Positions 1 to 10,527 of a stretch of DNA of 64,000 bases are shown one piece after another. The position numbers and the translations under genes are program-made. Positions within the stretch are counted from its first letter, which is position 1; every line of letters begins with the position of its first letter. The stretch is from Thermoanaerobaculia bacterium. GTDB lineage: Bacteria > Acidobacteriota > Thermoanaerobaculia > Multivoradales > Multivoraceae. The stretch is from NCBI GenBank assembly GCA_963666565.1, contig OY762911.1, forward strand, positions 4,032,001 to 4,096,000, read 5' to 3'. The notes beneath the pieces were generated by a model, which saw only the letters and a program-made list of their open reading frames with translations, searched no databases and was not told where the DNA came from.

Positions 1-539
1 TGTTCGTGGCCGGCGAGCCGATGATCGGCGGAGCCCTGGGCGCCGTTCCACGGGAGGGCGAAGAGGCTCAGTGGACCCGGACCGATCATCTGGGCCGCTT
101 CGAGATGAGCGGTCTGGACCCCGGCCCTTACGACCTGAGGATCGAGGAGGCGACAGGAAGCGCGGAACATCGATCGATCGACCTGCAGTCCGACCTGGAG
201 GGCCTGCGCATCGACCTTCAGAGACCGGCTTCGGTGGAAGGCCTCGTCGTCGATGGGGTAACCGGTCAACCCCTCGCCTACGCCTGGCTGACGGCGGGGA
301 GCGCGCAGCAGATCGCGGCGCTCAGGAGCGACGACTCGGGATCCGGTTCAGCCGGAGAGACGATGAGCGAGAACGGCGGCCGTTTCACGCTCCGGTTCGG
401 GCCAGGCGCCGAACAGTTGTGGGTCGAACGCGAGGGCTACCAGGACGCCTTCCTTTCCCTGAACGTGGCCCCCGGTCAGCGGCAGGAAGGACTCGTCATC
501 CGCCTGCGGCCGGAAACACCCGAGGCGCCGGACCGCTAG
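1..539 (+). CDS. Carboxypeptidase-regulatory-like repeat protein, C-terminal part (5' end outside the window)
   Basis: The frame is open from the window edge (..FVAGEP). Repeats such as 'TRTDHLGRFEMSGLDPGPYDL' and 'VEGLVVDGVTGQPL' align with the C-termini of the paralogues at 558 and 6643. Confidence 0.8.
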   Translation, partial: FVAGEPMIGGALGAVPREGEEAQWTRTDHLGRFEMSGLDPGPYDLRIEEATGSAEHRSIDLQSDLEGLRIDLQRPASVEGLVVDGVTGQPLAYAWLTAGSAQQIAALRSDDSGSGSAGETMSENGGRFTLRFGPGAEQLWVEREGYQDAFLSLNVAPGQRQEGLVIRLRPETPEAPDR

Positions 540-557
540 CCCTGTTAGCGTTCACGA

Positions 558-3467
558 ATGCTCGGCCCGCCGTCCAGGTCGCGACTCACCGTGCCGCGGC
601 CGTTTCTGTGCCTCGGCGTGGCCGCTCTCGCGACCGGCTCACTCTGGGCTCAGCCGGCCGCCGAGGCGCCGCTCACCGTCACCGGCACCCTCGTCGACGA
701 ACGCGGTTCTCCCGTCGCCGGCGTCGAAGTCGTCCTGCGCCCGTATCCGAACCGGTACGAACTGGACCTCGCCTTCCTGGGCCATCCCGAGGCGCTGCCG
801 GAAGCCGTGGAGCGAGTCCTCTCCGGTCCTGAGGGCGGCTTCTCGCTGTCGGCGCCCTTGGTCGGCCCATACCGGCTGGAGATTCGGCCGAGCCCGGCGG
901 CAGCCGGTCCGGCCACCGTCGCGCGCGCCTATCGGCATCTCGCGCCCCTGCGGGTTCCCCTGCACCTCGAGCCCATCGAGCTGCCGGACCGCCACCCCCT
1001 GACGATCCGGGCACTGGACGCCGACGGCCAGCCCGTCGAAGGCGCCGTGGTGATTGCGATTCCCGAGCCCAGGCAGCGCACGGGCAACCCTCCCTACCGG
1101 CCTCCGCACGAACAACCGGAGCGCCTCCACCCCGAGTTCGAGCGCGCGGCCGCGCGCACGGACGGCCAGGGAATCGCCCGGTTCCTGATGCCGTCGCAGG
1201 CTGCGGACGTCGTCGTCCGGGCGGACGGCTTCGCGGCGCGGCGCGCGAACGTGGAGTCGGGCCGCGCCGCCCTGAGGCTCGATTCCGCACCGCACATCAT
1301 CCTTCGCGTCCGCGGTCCGGACGGCGAACCCGCAAACCGGGCCGTGATCCGGCGAGCCGGCGGCGCCGACGAAGTTCCGATCGCTCTGACCGGCGAGGAC
1401 GGTCTGGCTGCGGTCGGCCTCGGCGCCGACGAACGGGCAACGCTCGTGGCGGAGGCGCCTGACGGCTCGTGGATGCGCACGACAACCCGGAATGAACCCG
1501 CTCGGGAAAGCGCTTCCGAACCGTCGGTCCAGGAGCTCCTGCTGCAGCCGCCCGCGGTCATCGCCGGCCGGATCGCGGACGCGACGACCGGGCTCGGCGT
1601 GCCCGACTCGGTGGTGTGGGTTCGCTCCGATCCCGGCCGGCACACGGTTGCGGACTCCTCCGGAGGCTTCCGCCTCTACGCTCCGCTCCCTCAGCGGCGC
1701 ATCGAACTCGGCGCGGTCGCCAGCGACTACCTTGCCGCGACCGCGACCGTCAACGCGGACCGCATCCGCGCGGGGGCAGACGTCCTGGTCGGACTGGCGC
1801 CGGCCGCGCCTCTCGCCGGCCGGGTCGTCGATGGCTTCGGCCGCCCCGTGGCCGGGGCCAACGTCCAGTCCGAGCCAACCGACGACGAGCCACTCGAATG
1901 GCGCACGGACCGGCACGGACGGGCGACATCCGGGCCCGATGGATCGTTCTGGATCCCGAACGCCGTGTACGGCAGCGGCTACCGACTCACCGTCGAAGCC
2001 CCTTCCTACGCTCCCGCGCAACACGACTTGCCGCCCTTCGAGCGAGCTTCCCCGGTGGAGCCGGTCCACATCGTGCTGTCGCAGGGACGGCAGCCCTGGG
2101 GCACCGTCACCGATCCGGAAGGGGCGCCGGTAGCCGGCGCCGAGATCCGACTCTCGTGGCCCTCCGAGTATCCCGAGCTTCCCGCGAGCTTCAGTGACGA
2201 CGAGGCAGTTGAGGCGGTGCTCTCAAACAACCGCGGCGAGTTCGAATTCGCAACCGTGGCGCCCGGCCAGTACGGCGTCAGCATCTCCCATCCGGAGTAC
2301 GTCCATCTGGACGGGAAGCCGGCGAACGTTCCTCAAGGCGCCGGCTACTTCGACCTGGGAGTCTTCGTCCTCACGCCCGGCGCCGAGATACACGGCGTGG
2401 TTTCCGACCCCGATCAGGGTCCCCTGGAGGGTGTGGAGATCAGCGCAAGGCAACGAAGCCAGATCCTGTCGGGGCAGACGCGGACCGCAACCACCGACGC
2501 CAGAGGGCGTTTCCGGCTGGGCGGACTGCTGACCACCGTACTGGCCGACCTCACTGCGACAGCGGACGGCTATGCCCCTGCCGCCGTCGAATCCGTGCGG
2601 CCGGCGACCGGCGAGCCAGTTCTGATCGAGCTCGCCAGGGGCGCTTCGCTGAGTGGACGGGTGTTCAATCCGGATGGCAGCGCCGCCGCCGGTGTCCAGG
2701 TTGGCCTGTCCGTGCCCTATACCGAGTTCCGCCGCCGCGCAGTGTTCGGCGAGCACGTCTTTCACTCCGCCCGCGCGGACAACGACGGCCGGTTCCGGTT
2801 CGATCGGCTCGTTCCCGCCAGATGGTCCCTCGAAGCTGTAGACCGGACGGCCCGGGCCACGCTGGAAGGCATCGAACTGGGATCGGGCGCTTCGCGCGAG
2901 GTCGAGATCAACGACCGATCCGTCGCCAACGTGACGATCCGGCTCGAACCGGGGGCCGAGATTCGCGGCATGGTCACCGGCCTCGACGCCGGCGACATGG
3001 CGACCGTGGGAGTCGAGGCCTGGCAAGGCGCTCTGTTTCGGAGCGCCTCCCCCGACCTCGACGGCAGCTTCTCGATCGAGGCTCTCGCGCCCGGCACCTG
3101 GCAGTTCTCCGCGACGACCGGGGAGCGGCGATCGCCAATGCAGAGCGTGACGGTCGATCCGGGGGCTGCATACGCAACCGTCGAGCTGCACTTCCAGCCG
3201 GGCTTTCGGGTGACCGGCCAGATGTTCGTGGCGGGCGTACCCGCCACCGACGGTTTCGTCACGGCGTCGCAGCCGGGTCAGGAGAACCCGAGACGGACGA
3301 GAACCGATCACCAGGGCCGCTTCGAGATGAAGGGACTGCCGGCCGGCGGCTACCAACTGCAGTTCCGACACCGTCTCGGAGCCACTACCGAGCAGCCGCT
3401 GGACCTGCAGAGCGACTACCACAACCTGCTCGTGCATCTGCAGCCGCTCTCCGACGATCAGAACTGA
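558..3467 (+). CDS. Secreted carboxypeptidase-regulatory-like (beta-sandwich) repeat protein, 969 aa
   Basis: Signal peptide (..GSLWAQ) followed by repeated 'G.V.D..G.PV.GA.V ... T..DG.F....PG.Y.L' modules. Confidence 0.85.
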   Translation: MLGPPSRSRLTVPRPFLCLGVAALATGSLWAQPAAEAPLTVTGTLVDERGSPVAGVEVVLRPYPNRYELDLAFLGHPEALPEAVERVLSGPEGGFSLSAPLVGPYRLEIRPSPAAAGPATVARAYRHLAPLRVPLHLEPIELPDRHPLTIRALDADGQPVEGAVVIAIPEPRQRTGNPPYRPPHEQPERLHPEFERAAARTDGQGIARFLMPSQAADVVVRADGFAARRANVESGRAALRLDSAPHIILRVRGPDGEPANRAVIRRAGGADEVPIALTGEDGLAAVGLGADERATLVAEAPDGSWMRTTTRNEPARESASEPSVQELLLQPPAVIAGRIADATTGLGVPDSVVWVRSDPGRHTVADSSGGFRLYAPLPQRRIELGAVASDYLAATATVNADRIRAGADVLVGLAPAAPLAGRVVDGFGRPVAGANVQSEPTDDEPLEWRTDRHGRATSGPDGSFWIPNAVYGSGYRLTVEAPSYAPAQHDLPPFERASPVEPVHIVLSQGRQPWGTVTDPEGAPVAGAEIRLSWPSEYPELPASFSDDEAVEAVLSNNRGEFEFATVAPGQYGVSISHPEYVHLDGKPANVPQGAGYFDLGVFVLTPGAEIHGVVSDPDQGPLEGVEISARQRSQILSGQTRTATTDARGRFRLGGLLTTVLADLTATADGYAPAAVESVRPATGEPVLIELARGASLSGRVFNPDGSAAAGVQVGLSVPYTEFRRRAVFGEHVFHSARADNDGRFRFDRLVPARWSLEAVDRTARATLEGIELGSGASREVEINDRSVANVTIRLEPGAEIRGMVTGLDAGDMATVGVEAWQGALFRSASPDLDGSFSIEALAPGTWQFSATTGERRSPMQSVTVDPGAAYATVELHFQPGFRVTGQMFVAGVPATDGFVTASQPGQENPRRTRTDHQGRFEMKGLPAGGYQLQFRHRLGATTEQPLDLQSDYHNLLVHLQPLSDDQN

Positions 3468-3507
3468 TCGGCGGGTCGCCAAACGACGTCGGGTAACCGT
3501 GCGGGAG

Positions 3508-4920
3508 TCACCTCCGCTCGTACGTGTACAGCCTCCGCCCGCTCGCCGACACCGTCTCCACATGACGGATCGCGGCGTACGGTTCCAGCGCCGCCTCCCA
3601 CGCCTCCGGCGTGTAGTCGGCGAAGCGGTCGCCCCGCAACGTGAGCAGGTCGTCGACCCTCGGATCCCCCTGGGGAACGAACTCGACCAGGCCGCGCGGC
3701 GCCAGGGAAACGAGCCAGGAGGCGATCCGCGGCAACGGCACGTTGCGGCCGATGGCCAGGTGGTGGAGCACGGCCAGCGCCACCAGGGCGCCCGCGCCGC
3801 GCGAGCGATGCGCCAGCGAGCGCCTCTCCGTCTGGGACCAGCCCTGGTCGGGCGACGGGTTGGCCAGATCCTGGTAGAGGGGCAGGAAGCGCAGACGATC
3901 CGAGCGCGCGCGCGCGCAGGCGGCCTCCAGCGCGCCGAAGTCCGCGTCGAAGCCGATCGCGTCGCGCACGCCGCCTTCCAGGGCGATGGCGGAGAACTCG
4001 CCCGTGTTGCAGCCGAGATCCCAGAGCTGCTCCGGCGGCGCCTCGGCAATGAAGGAGCGCACGGATTCCGCCTTGCGCGAGGCTTCGGCCGTGTCGTAGC
4101 TGGTCAGCAGCGAGTAGTCGCTCCAGGTCGTGTCCGTGCCCCGGGGCACGAGACTCTCGATCCAGCGCCGAAGCTGGGTGAGGAGACCGCGGTAGGCGTT
4201 GCGCGGCAGCGCACGTCTCTTTGTCCGCTTCGCCGCTTCGCTGCGCGAACCCGCGCGGCGCTCGAAGCGAAGCGGGAGCAGGACATGCGCCTGCATCCTC
4301 GCCGACCAGCGCCGCCGGCGCGGCAGCAGGGCCGCCAGTTCGCGGCCGGGGATTCCCTCCTGCATCCCGCGATACCAGGCGTTGTGGGGAACGCCGAGTT
4401 CCGCCGCCAGCAGCAGGGGGTTCAGGAACTGCTCGCAGAACTGCGAGTGGCCCTCCCAGTACTCGCCTTCGCGATAGCGCCGCAACGACAGCCAGTCGAT
4501 GAACACCGGCTTGGCGCCCTTGAACTGCACGTTGTAGGCGCTCGCGTCGGAGAGCGAGATGTCCCTGTCGAGCAGCCGGATCTGCATCTCCAGGTGATGA
4601 AGCGCGGCCGCCTTCAGGAGGGAGAAGGGCCACTCGTAAGGATAGGAGATGAAGGGCAGGCGGGGATGCTCCAGGACCAACCCTCCGGGCGGCGGCAGGA
4701 CGCCGGCCTCGACCGGATCCACTTCCTCCGCCGCCACCAGCCCTCCCTCGACGACCAGCGCATCGACGAGGCCGCACTTCCGCGCGTAGCGGTACTCCTC
4801 GACCGCGGCCGGCGCGACGCTTCTGAAGATGCGGCCGTCCCGGCCCTCGATCACCTGCCCCGCCGGATCGCGGAAAGAGGAAGGCTCGGCCTGGGACTCG
4901 CCCGCAGCCCCGGCCCGCAC
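3508..4920 (-). CDS. NoeA-like protein: kinase-like N-terminal region plus class I SAM-dependent methyltransferase
   Basis: Motifs 'SSFRDPAG', 'ISYPYEW', 'DASAYNVQF', 'FIDWLS', SAM motif 'WDLGCNTGEF' and 'LAVLHHLAI'. Confidence 0.8.
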   Translation of the reverse strand: MRAGAAGESQAEPSSFRDPAGQVIEGRDGRIFRSVAPAAVEEYRYARKCGLVDALVVEGGLVAAEEVDPVEAGVLPPPGGLVLEHPRLPFISYPYEWPFSLLKAAALHHLEMQIRLLDRDISLSDASAYNVQFKGAKPVFIDWLSLRRYREGEYWEGHSQFCEQFLNPLLLAAELGVPHNAWYRGMQEGIPGRELAALLPRRRRWSARMQAHVLLPLRFERRAGSRSEAAKRTKRRALPRNAYRGLLTQLRRWIESLVPRGTDTTWSDYSLLTSYDTAEASRKAESVRSFIAEAPPEQLWDLGCNTGEFSAIALEGGVRDAIGFDADFGALEAACARARSDRLRFLPLYQDLANPSPDQGWSQTERRSLAHRSRGAGALVALAVLHHLAIGRNVPLPRIASWLVSLAPRGLVEFVPQGDPRVDDLLTLRGDRFADYTPEAWEAALEPYAAIRHVETVSASGRRLYTYERR

Positions 4921-5135
4921 TACTCGGACTCGGGCTCGTCGGTACTGCCGAAGCCGAAGAAGGCCTGAATGCGATGCCAGTAGTACCTGAAGGCAAGTGC
5001 CGCAGCCGCCACGCCGCCGATCACCGCCTGCAGAATCATGCTGCCCGACGCCGGATCAAGGTATGCATGGGCCGTTTGCGGCACGATCAATGCCACGATC
5101 AAGGCAACCAGCAGACTGGTTCGATGCTTCGCCAT
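4920..5135 (-). CDS. Small membrane protein with YLDPxSGS motif (71 aa)
   Basis: MAKHRTSLLVALIVALIVPQTAHA|YLDPASGSMILQAVIGG: signal-like segment plus one TM helix. Its stop abuts the methyltransferase start. Confidence 0.75.
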   Translation of the reverse strand: MAKHRTSLLVALIVALIVPQTAHAYLDPASGSMILQAVIGGVAAAALAFRYYWHRIQAFFGFGSTDEPESE

Positions 5136-5335
5136 TCGTCTCGCTCCCCGGGGACGCTTCCCGCCACCCCCGGTGAATCGTCCGTGAAGACGAACAGATC
5201 CGGGGCGTTTCGTCAAGGGATCCCGACCGCGCTACGCCTCTCGCCGAGGACGTTGATCGCCCGTCGCGCGCTAGAATACGCGAAGGGTCGCCGAACCGAA
5301 ATGCCCCATCCTTCTGGAACCGGGCGTCGCATCGC

Positions 5336-6646
5336 ATGAGAGCACCTACCACGCGCTGTGTCAGCCAACGAGCTCGCGGTTCGTTCCGAGTCGGAGCCAC
5401 GCTAACGGTGGTGCTCCTCTGCGCGCCCGCGCTGCCCGATCCGCCCAGCGGTGCCCTGCACGGACAGCAGCCGTCCACCGCGCCCACCGTAGCCGGGCGT
5501 CTCATCGGCCCGGACCTGCAACCGGCGGCCGGTCTGGAGGTGCGACTGATCCCGGTCCCGGGCAGCTACGTCCGCCGCCTGTCAGAACTCGGCGTCGCCA
5601 ACGCCGCGCGGATCATCGACCGTACCCGCTCGGATGCCGAGGGGAGCTTCGAGCTGATGGCAACGCGCGCCGGCCCCCACCAGATCGAAGTCATGGCCGA
5701 GGCTCCCGAGACCAGGCCGCCCACCGTTGTCGCCCCGGTCTACGTGCGACTGGTTCTGCGCGCCAAGCCGAATGCCGTCCCGCCCATCCAGCTTCCCAAG
5801 ATGCACCATCTCGTCATCGGCGTCGCGGACGAGGAAGACCAGCCGGTCAAAGGAGCGCTGGTCCTCGTTCAGGCCTCCCAGTGGTCCGACCCTTCGGTCT
5901 GGGCACACAGAGGAAAGACGTCCCCGACGTATGGTCGCGCCAGCGCACGCACGAACGAAGACGGACTGGCGAGGTTCTTTCTTCCTACCGCAAAGTCCAG
6001 CGTCGCCGTCTCGGCATCCGGGTTCAACCTCAGCATCGATGACCTGTCACGGGACCGGGCGGCGTTCAGGCTCGCCCGCGGTGACGGCGTCACGCTCCGG
6101 ATTCTGGATGTCGACGGAGTACCCGTCCCCCGAGCCGTGATCCGGGTCGGCGAGTACCAGGCCATCCCCCTGGCGCTCACCGACGACCGCGGCGAAGCGA
6201 CCGTCGGGTTCCCCGGGGGAAAGGGAATCTCCTACCAGATCGAAGCCGAGGACGGGGCCTTCGCCCGCACCGCGCGCGTGAAGCGCGAGCCCCCGACTGC
6301 TGCCGGACCCCAAACCGTCGAAGTCCGTCTCTGGCCAGCCTTCGAGCTTCGAGGCCAGGTGGTGGACGCGAAGACCAACCTGCCCGTCGAGCTGGCAACG
6401 ATCTGGATCGACGACGGGCTCGAAGGAACTGATCGCGGACAAGACAGACTGGTCTGGGCCCGTCCTGGTGGGGAGTTCACTCTGAAGACCCGCGCCGACT
6501 ACGTGCCACCGGCGATCCGGATCGCCGCCGCGGGCTACAGGACAAAGCGAGTCTGGCTGGGACCGGAGCACTACGCGACCGCCGACCGTCGCAAACCGAT
6601 CCGGGTAGAACTGAAGCCTCAGAAAGGCCGATCCGCGCGGAGATGA
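5336..6646 (+). CDS. Short carboxypeptidase-regulatory-like repeat protein, 436 aa
   Basis: Colinear with the N-terminal ~440 aa of 6643..10527 (PGSY.RRL.ELG, APVY, ALTDDRGEATVG). ATGA overlap with the next gene. Confidence 0.8.
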   Translation: MRAPTTRCVSQRARGSFRVGATLTVVLLCAPALPDPPSGALHGQQPSTAPTVAGRLIGPDLQPAAGLEVRLIPVPGSYVRRLSELGVANAARIIDRTRSDAEGSFELMATRAGPHQIEVMAEAPETRPPTVVAPVYVRLVLRAKPNAVPPIQLPKMHHLVIGVADEEDQPVKGALVLVQASQWSDPSVWAHRGKTSPTYGRASARTNEDGLARFFLPTAKSSVAVSASGFNLSIDDLSRDRAAFRLARGDGVTLRILDVDGVPVPRAVIRVGEYQAIPLALTDDRGEATVGFPGGKGISYQIEAEDGAFARTARVKREPPTAAGPQTVEVRLWPAFELRGQVVDAKTNLPVELATIWIDDGLEGTDRGQDRLVWARPGGEFTLKTRADYVPPAIRIAAAGYRTKRVWLGPEHYATADRRKPIRVELKPQKGRSARR

Positions 6647-9600
6647 ACGAGCCCAGAAGCGCTGCAGCCTTCGGGGAGGCCACGGTCACCAGAGATCCAG
6701 CACAAGCTCCGTTACGGCTGGCGAAGCTGGCCCTGGCCACACTGCTTTCGGCGACCTGGCCGGCATCGAGCGGCGATCCGCTGAGCGCCCAGCCTCCGGA
6801 GCTTGCCGACCCCGCCGTGTCCGGGAAGCTGGTCGCCCCGGATGGTTCCGCTGCCGCGGATCTCGAAGTCCGCCTGATCGCGTCACCGGGCAGCTACGCC
6901 CGAAGGCTGCGCGAACTCGGAGAGACCGACGCGATACCGGTCGTCGACCGGAGCCGCACCGATACAGACGGTCGCTTTGTCCTCACGGCGTCGCGGATTG
7001 GCCCTTACCGCCTCGAGATCCTGGCAGCCGTTCCCGACACGACACCGCCAACCGTCCCGGCGCCCGTGTACGCCCTGCTGCTCCCACTCGCCGAGCCGAT
7101 GGTCCTGCCGCCAATCCAGGTGCCCCGGATGCACCACTTCGTCGTCGGCGCGAGAGACGAAGCGGGGGCACCGATCGAAGGCGCCCTGGTCGTTGCCCGA
7201 ACCACTCGCCGGTCGAACCGGGAACGGCGAAGCGTGGAGACGGTCCAGTCGCGGCCCACACCGCCCTGGCGGCAAGCCGCGCAGCCCCGCGAGTCTGAAC
7301 TCGCGCATCCCACGTTCGATCGCGCGACCGCCCGCACCGACGCCCGGGGAATCGCCCGCCTCTCTCTGCCGACCGCCGACGCCAACGTGGTCGTTGCGGC
7401 GCCGGGCTTCGAACTCCGGGCGTCCCTGATTGAAGGCGGGCGCGGCCTATTCGAGCTCAGGCGCGACGCCGGCGTCACCCTCCGGGTGCGGGATCAGCTC
7501 GGCGCGCCGGTTCCCCGCGCGGTGGTCCGCATCGGTGAGAGCATGTCGGTCCCGCTGGCCCTGACGGATGACCGTGGCGAAGCGACCGTCGGGCTGAGCA
7601 CGACACAAGGCATCTCCTTCCAGGTGGAGACGGAGGACCGTTCATTCGGGCGAACCTCGCCGATCGAGTCGTCCGACGACCATTCCGCCGAACCGCGCAT
7701 TGTCGAAGTCACCGTCGCGCCGGCGATTGAACTCGCGGGAAGGGCCGTTGACGCAACGACCCGATTGCCGGTTTCCGATGCAACGATCTGGCTGAACGGC
7801 CGATCCGGCGACCATGCCTGGTCCGATGCCGCCGGCAGCTTTACACTGCGGACTCGCGACGATGCTGGCGCCCTCCACCTGTCCGCCACCGCGCTCGATT
7901 ACCGCGTCCAGGCGATGTCGGTCCCCCTGGAACGAGTGCGTAGCCACCAGGCGATCTCCGTCGTGCTGAACCCGGCGGCCAGGTTCACCGGCACGGTGAC
8001 CGACTCCAGCGGACACCCGGTCGTCGAAGCACGGCTGCTGGTCGACCGCCTGGACCCGGCGGACGCCGGAACCAACGCCGCGAGATCGGGCACCTACTAC
8101 CAGTGGCGGAGCGGCTACGGCCGGGATCACCAGACGACCTCGGCATCCGATGGGACGTTCCGGCTGGAGGGTCTGGACCGCCACCTGTCCTATCTGCTCA
8201 CTGTCGAAGCCCAGGGGTTCGTGCGCTACTCCGTCGAGCTGCCCGGCGCTGGCTCCTCCGGCGCCCAGGATGCCCTCGACATCGTCCTCAGCCGTGGCCA
8301 CCGCACCCGGGGCAAGGTCGTCGACGCTGACAGGCGGCCCGTGCCGGAGGCCGCCATCGCCATCATGCCGTCGATGCGCGATGCCCGCGGCGGCGTCTCC
8401 GTGAGCGCGGACGCCTACCTGACCGCCGCCAGCGACACGGAGGGAGTCTTCGAGTTTCCGGCCGTGGGCCCCGGCAGCTACCAACTGACCGTCGACCATG
8501 CGGAGTTCACAGGCCGGCCGCCGGTAAACATCGACATTCCCGGCGGCGAGGGCGACGTCGATGTCGGTGTCTTCACGCTCACGCCGGGACAGCAGATCGA
8601 AGGCCTCGTCTTCGGCCCGGATCGGCGTCCCGTTGCCGGGGCACGGGTCAGTGCCTTCGACGATCGTCCCGTCCCGGGCCCGATCGACGCCGCTTCCCGG
8701 AGCGCCACCACGGACGACCGCGGACGTTTCCGCATCGGAGGACTGGGAGAACGGCCAGTTCAGGTCGCCGTGGAGGCGGACGGCTTCGCGCCCTACAGCC
8801 TGAAGGCAGTCCGACCCGGCGCGGGCGAGCTGCTGGAGATCGAGCTGGGCCCTGGCGCCACGCTGACCGGGCGCGTCGTCGACGCGGCCGGCGATGCGGT
8901 CTCCGGTGCTTTCGTGACGATCTACAACTTCGATCCCGACATGTGGCGCAGCTCGTTCAGCCCGGTGATGGCGGAAACCGAGGCCGACGGCAGTTTCCGC
9001 CTCGACCTCCTGCGTTCGGGCAGGTGGAGTGCGTCCGCCTTCACCCGGGAGGGAGGTTCGAGTCGTGCCGAGAGCGGCCCCATCCGCCTGGATGAGGGCG
9101 TCGTTCGGGAGATCGAACTCGTCCTGCCGACTGACGGCGCCGACGTCACGGGCATCGTCACGAACCACAATGGAGAGCCCGTGGCGAACGCCGATGTCAC
9201 GATCATCGCGAGCGGTGAACCTGGCGGCGCGTCTCTGCGATCGGCGCCGTCGTGGCAGACGGGTGCAGATCAGCGCGGCCGCTTTCAGTACCGTGGACTC
9301 CCGGCCGGCGCCGCCACGATCATCGCCAGCCATCCGGAGTACCGGATCATCCAGCGCGAGATCAGCCTGGAGTCGGGGTCGAACGAGATTTCGCTGACCC
9401 TTCAGCCGGGCCTTGAGATCACAGGCACGCTGCGGTCCGAGGACGGGCTTCCAGTCGCCCTCGGCGAGATCGATGCGGAACTCCAACCCGCACCGGGGCA
9501 GGATCGCCTGTCCGACGACGTGGTCTGGCGGCGGGGCGGTGTGCACCAATCCGCCCATGCCGTCAGCGACCGCAACGGCGACTATCGACTGGCGGGCCTG

Positions 9601-10527
9601 GACACCGGCGTCTACATTCTGCGGGCGTGGGCCGACGGATACGGGGCGGGCGGCCCGGGCCACCGAGTACGGCTCGAGGGCGGCTCCATTGCCGGCGTGG
9701 ACCTCGTGCTTCCTGCCGAGGCAGCGATCGAAGTGCGGATAGCCGGTGAACCGGTCTCGGGAATCGACGTCGGAGCGCACCAAGGCTACGAGGACTACCG
9801 CACCGCGACGCAGAACCCTAGCGGCGCCTACCGTATCGACGGTCTCGGTCCGGGAGACTGGACCGTGACGGCCCAGGACTTCGGCGGCCGCAGGGCCGAG
9901 CAAACCGTCACTCTCGCACCGGGCGACGAGGCTGTCGTCGAACTCAGCTTCGAGGAGGGTCTGCATCTGACCGGCTGGGTGACGGTCGCGGGCCAGCCGC
10001 CGGGCGGCGGCAACATCGCGCTTCTCAGCGCCAGCCTCTATCCGCGCTGGACCGAACTAGACCGGGACGGGCGCTTTGAACTCCCGGCTGTGCAGCCCGG
10101 CGTCTACAACCTGGCGATCCGCGTCCCCGGGGCGGCCGGCGAGACCACCGGCACGATCTACCAGCGCCAGGTCGAGCTCCAGGAAGACGAGGAGCTTCGC
10201 CTCGACCTGGAACTGCCCGCCGTGCTGACCGGCCTCGTCACCGACAGCGTAGGGCGACCGCTCGCTGGAGCGCTCCTCCTTACCGTCCAGGCCGGCACGG
10301 AGACCATCGCCCCGTCGGCGGTGCTTTCGGGCGCGGGAATGGCCGGTACGGCGCTGACCGACGCGGAGGGCCGGTTCGAGTTGCGGTCGGCCCCAGGCTC
10401 CTGGGATCTGCAGATCGTACGCGAGGGCTTCGAAACACTGATCGTTCCCGTCGAGTTGGCGTTAGCGGAGCACCGCCAGGGTCTCGTCTTCGAACTCCGC
10501 GCTGGCGGGAACCAGCGGCAGAACTAG
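6643..10527 (+). CDS. Large secreted carboxypeptidase-regulatory-like repeat protein, 1294 aa
   Basis: More than 10 repeated modules of the same type after an N-terminal hydrophobic signal. Confidence 0.85.
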   Translation: MNEPRSAAAFGEATVTRDPAQAPLRLAKLALATLLSATWPASSGDPLSAQPPELADPAVSGKLVAPDGSAAADLEVRLIASPGSYARRLRELGETDAIPVVDRSRTDTDGRFVLTASRIGPYRLEILAAVPDTTPPTVPAPVYALLLPLAEPMVLPPIQVPRMHHFVVGARDEAGAPIEGALVVARTTRRSNRERRSVETVQSRPTPPWRQAAQPRESELAHPTFDRATARTDARGIARLSLPTADANVVVAAPGFELRASLIEGGRGLFELRRDAGVTLRVRDQLGAPVPRAVVRIGESMSVPLALTDDRGEATVGLSTTQGISFQVETEDRSFGRTSPIESSDDHSAEPRIVEVTVAPAIELAGRAVDATTRLPVSDATIWLNGRSGDHAWSDAAGSFTLRTRDDAGALHLSATALDYRVQAMSVPLERVRSHQAISVVLNPAARFTGTVTDSSGHPVVEARLLVDRLDPADAGTNAARSGTYYQWRSGYGRDHQTTSASDGTFRLEGLDRHLSYLLTVEAQGFVRYSVELPGAGSSGAQDALDIVLSRGHRTRGKVVDADRRPVPEAAIAIMPSMRDARGGVSVSADAYLTAASDTEGVFEFPAVGPGSYQLTVDHAEFTGRPPVNIDIPGGEGDVDVGVFTLTPGQQIEGLVFGPDRRPVAGARVSAFDDRPVPGPIDAASRSATTDDRGRFRIGGLGERPVQVAVEADGFAPYSLKAVRPGAGELLEIELGPGATLTGRVVDAAGDAVSGAFVTIYNFDPDMWRSSFSPVMAETEADGSFRLDLLRSGRWSASAFTREGGSSRAESGPIRLDEGVVREIELVLPTDGADVTGIVTNHNGEPVANADVTIIASGEPGGASLRSAPSWQTGADQRGRFQYRGLPAGAATIIASHPEYRIIQREISLESGSNEISLTLQPGLEITGTLRSEDGLPVALGEIDAELQPAPGQDRLSDDVVWRRGGVHQSAHAVSDRNGDYRLAGLDTGVYILRAWADGYGAGGPGHRVRLEGGSIAGVDLVLPAEAAIEVRIAGEPVSGIDVGAHQGYEDYRTATQNPSGAYRIDGLGPGDWTVTAQDFGGRRAEQTVTLAPGDEAVVELSFEEGLHLTGWVTVAGQPPGGGNIALLSASLYPRWTELDRDGRFELPAVQPGVYNLAIRVPGAAGETTGTIYQRQVELQEDEELRLDLELPAVLTGLVTDSVGRPLAGALLLTVQAGTETIAPSAVLSGAGMAGTALTDAEGRFELRSAPGSWDLQIVREGFETLIVPVELALAEHRQGLVFELRAGGNQRQN

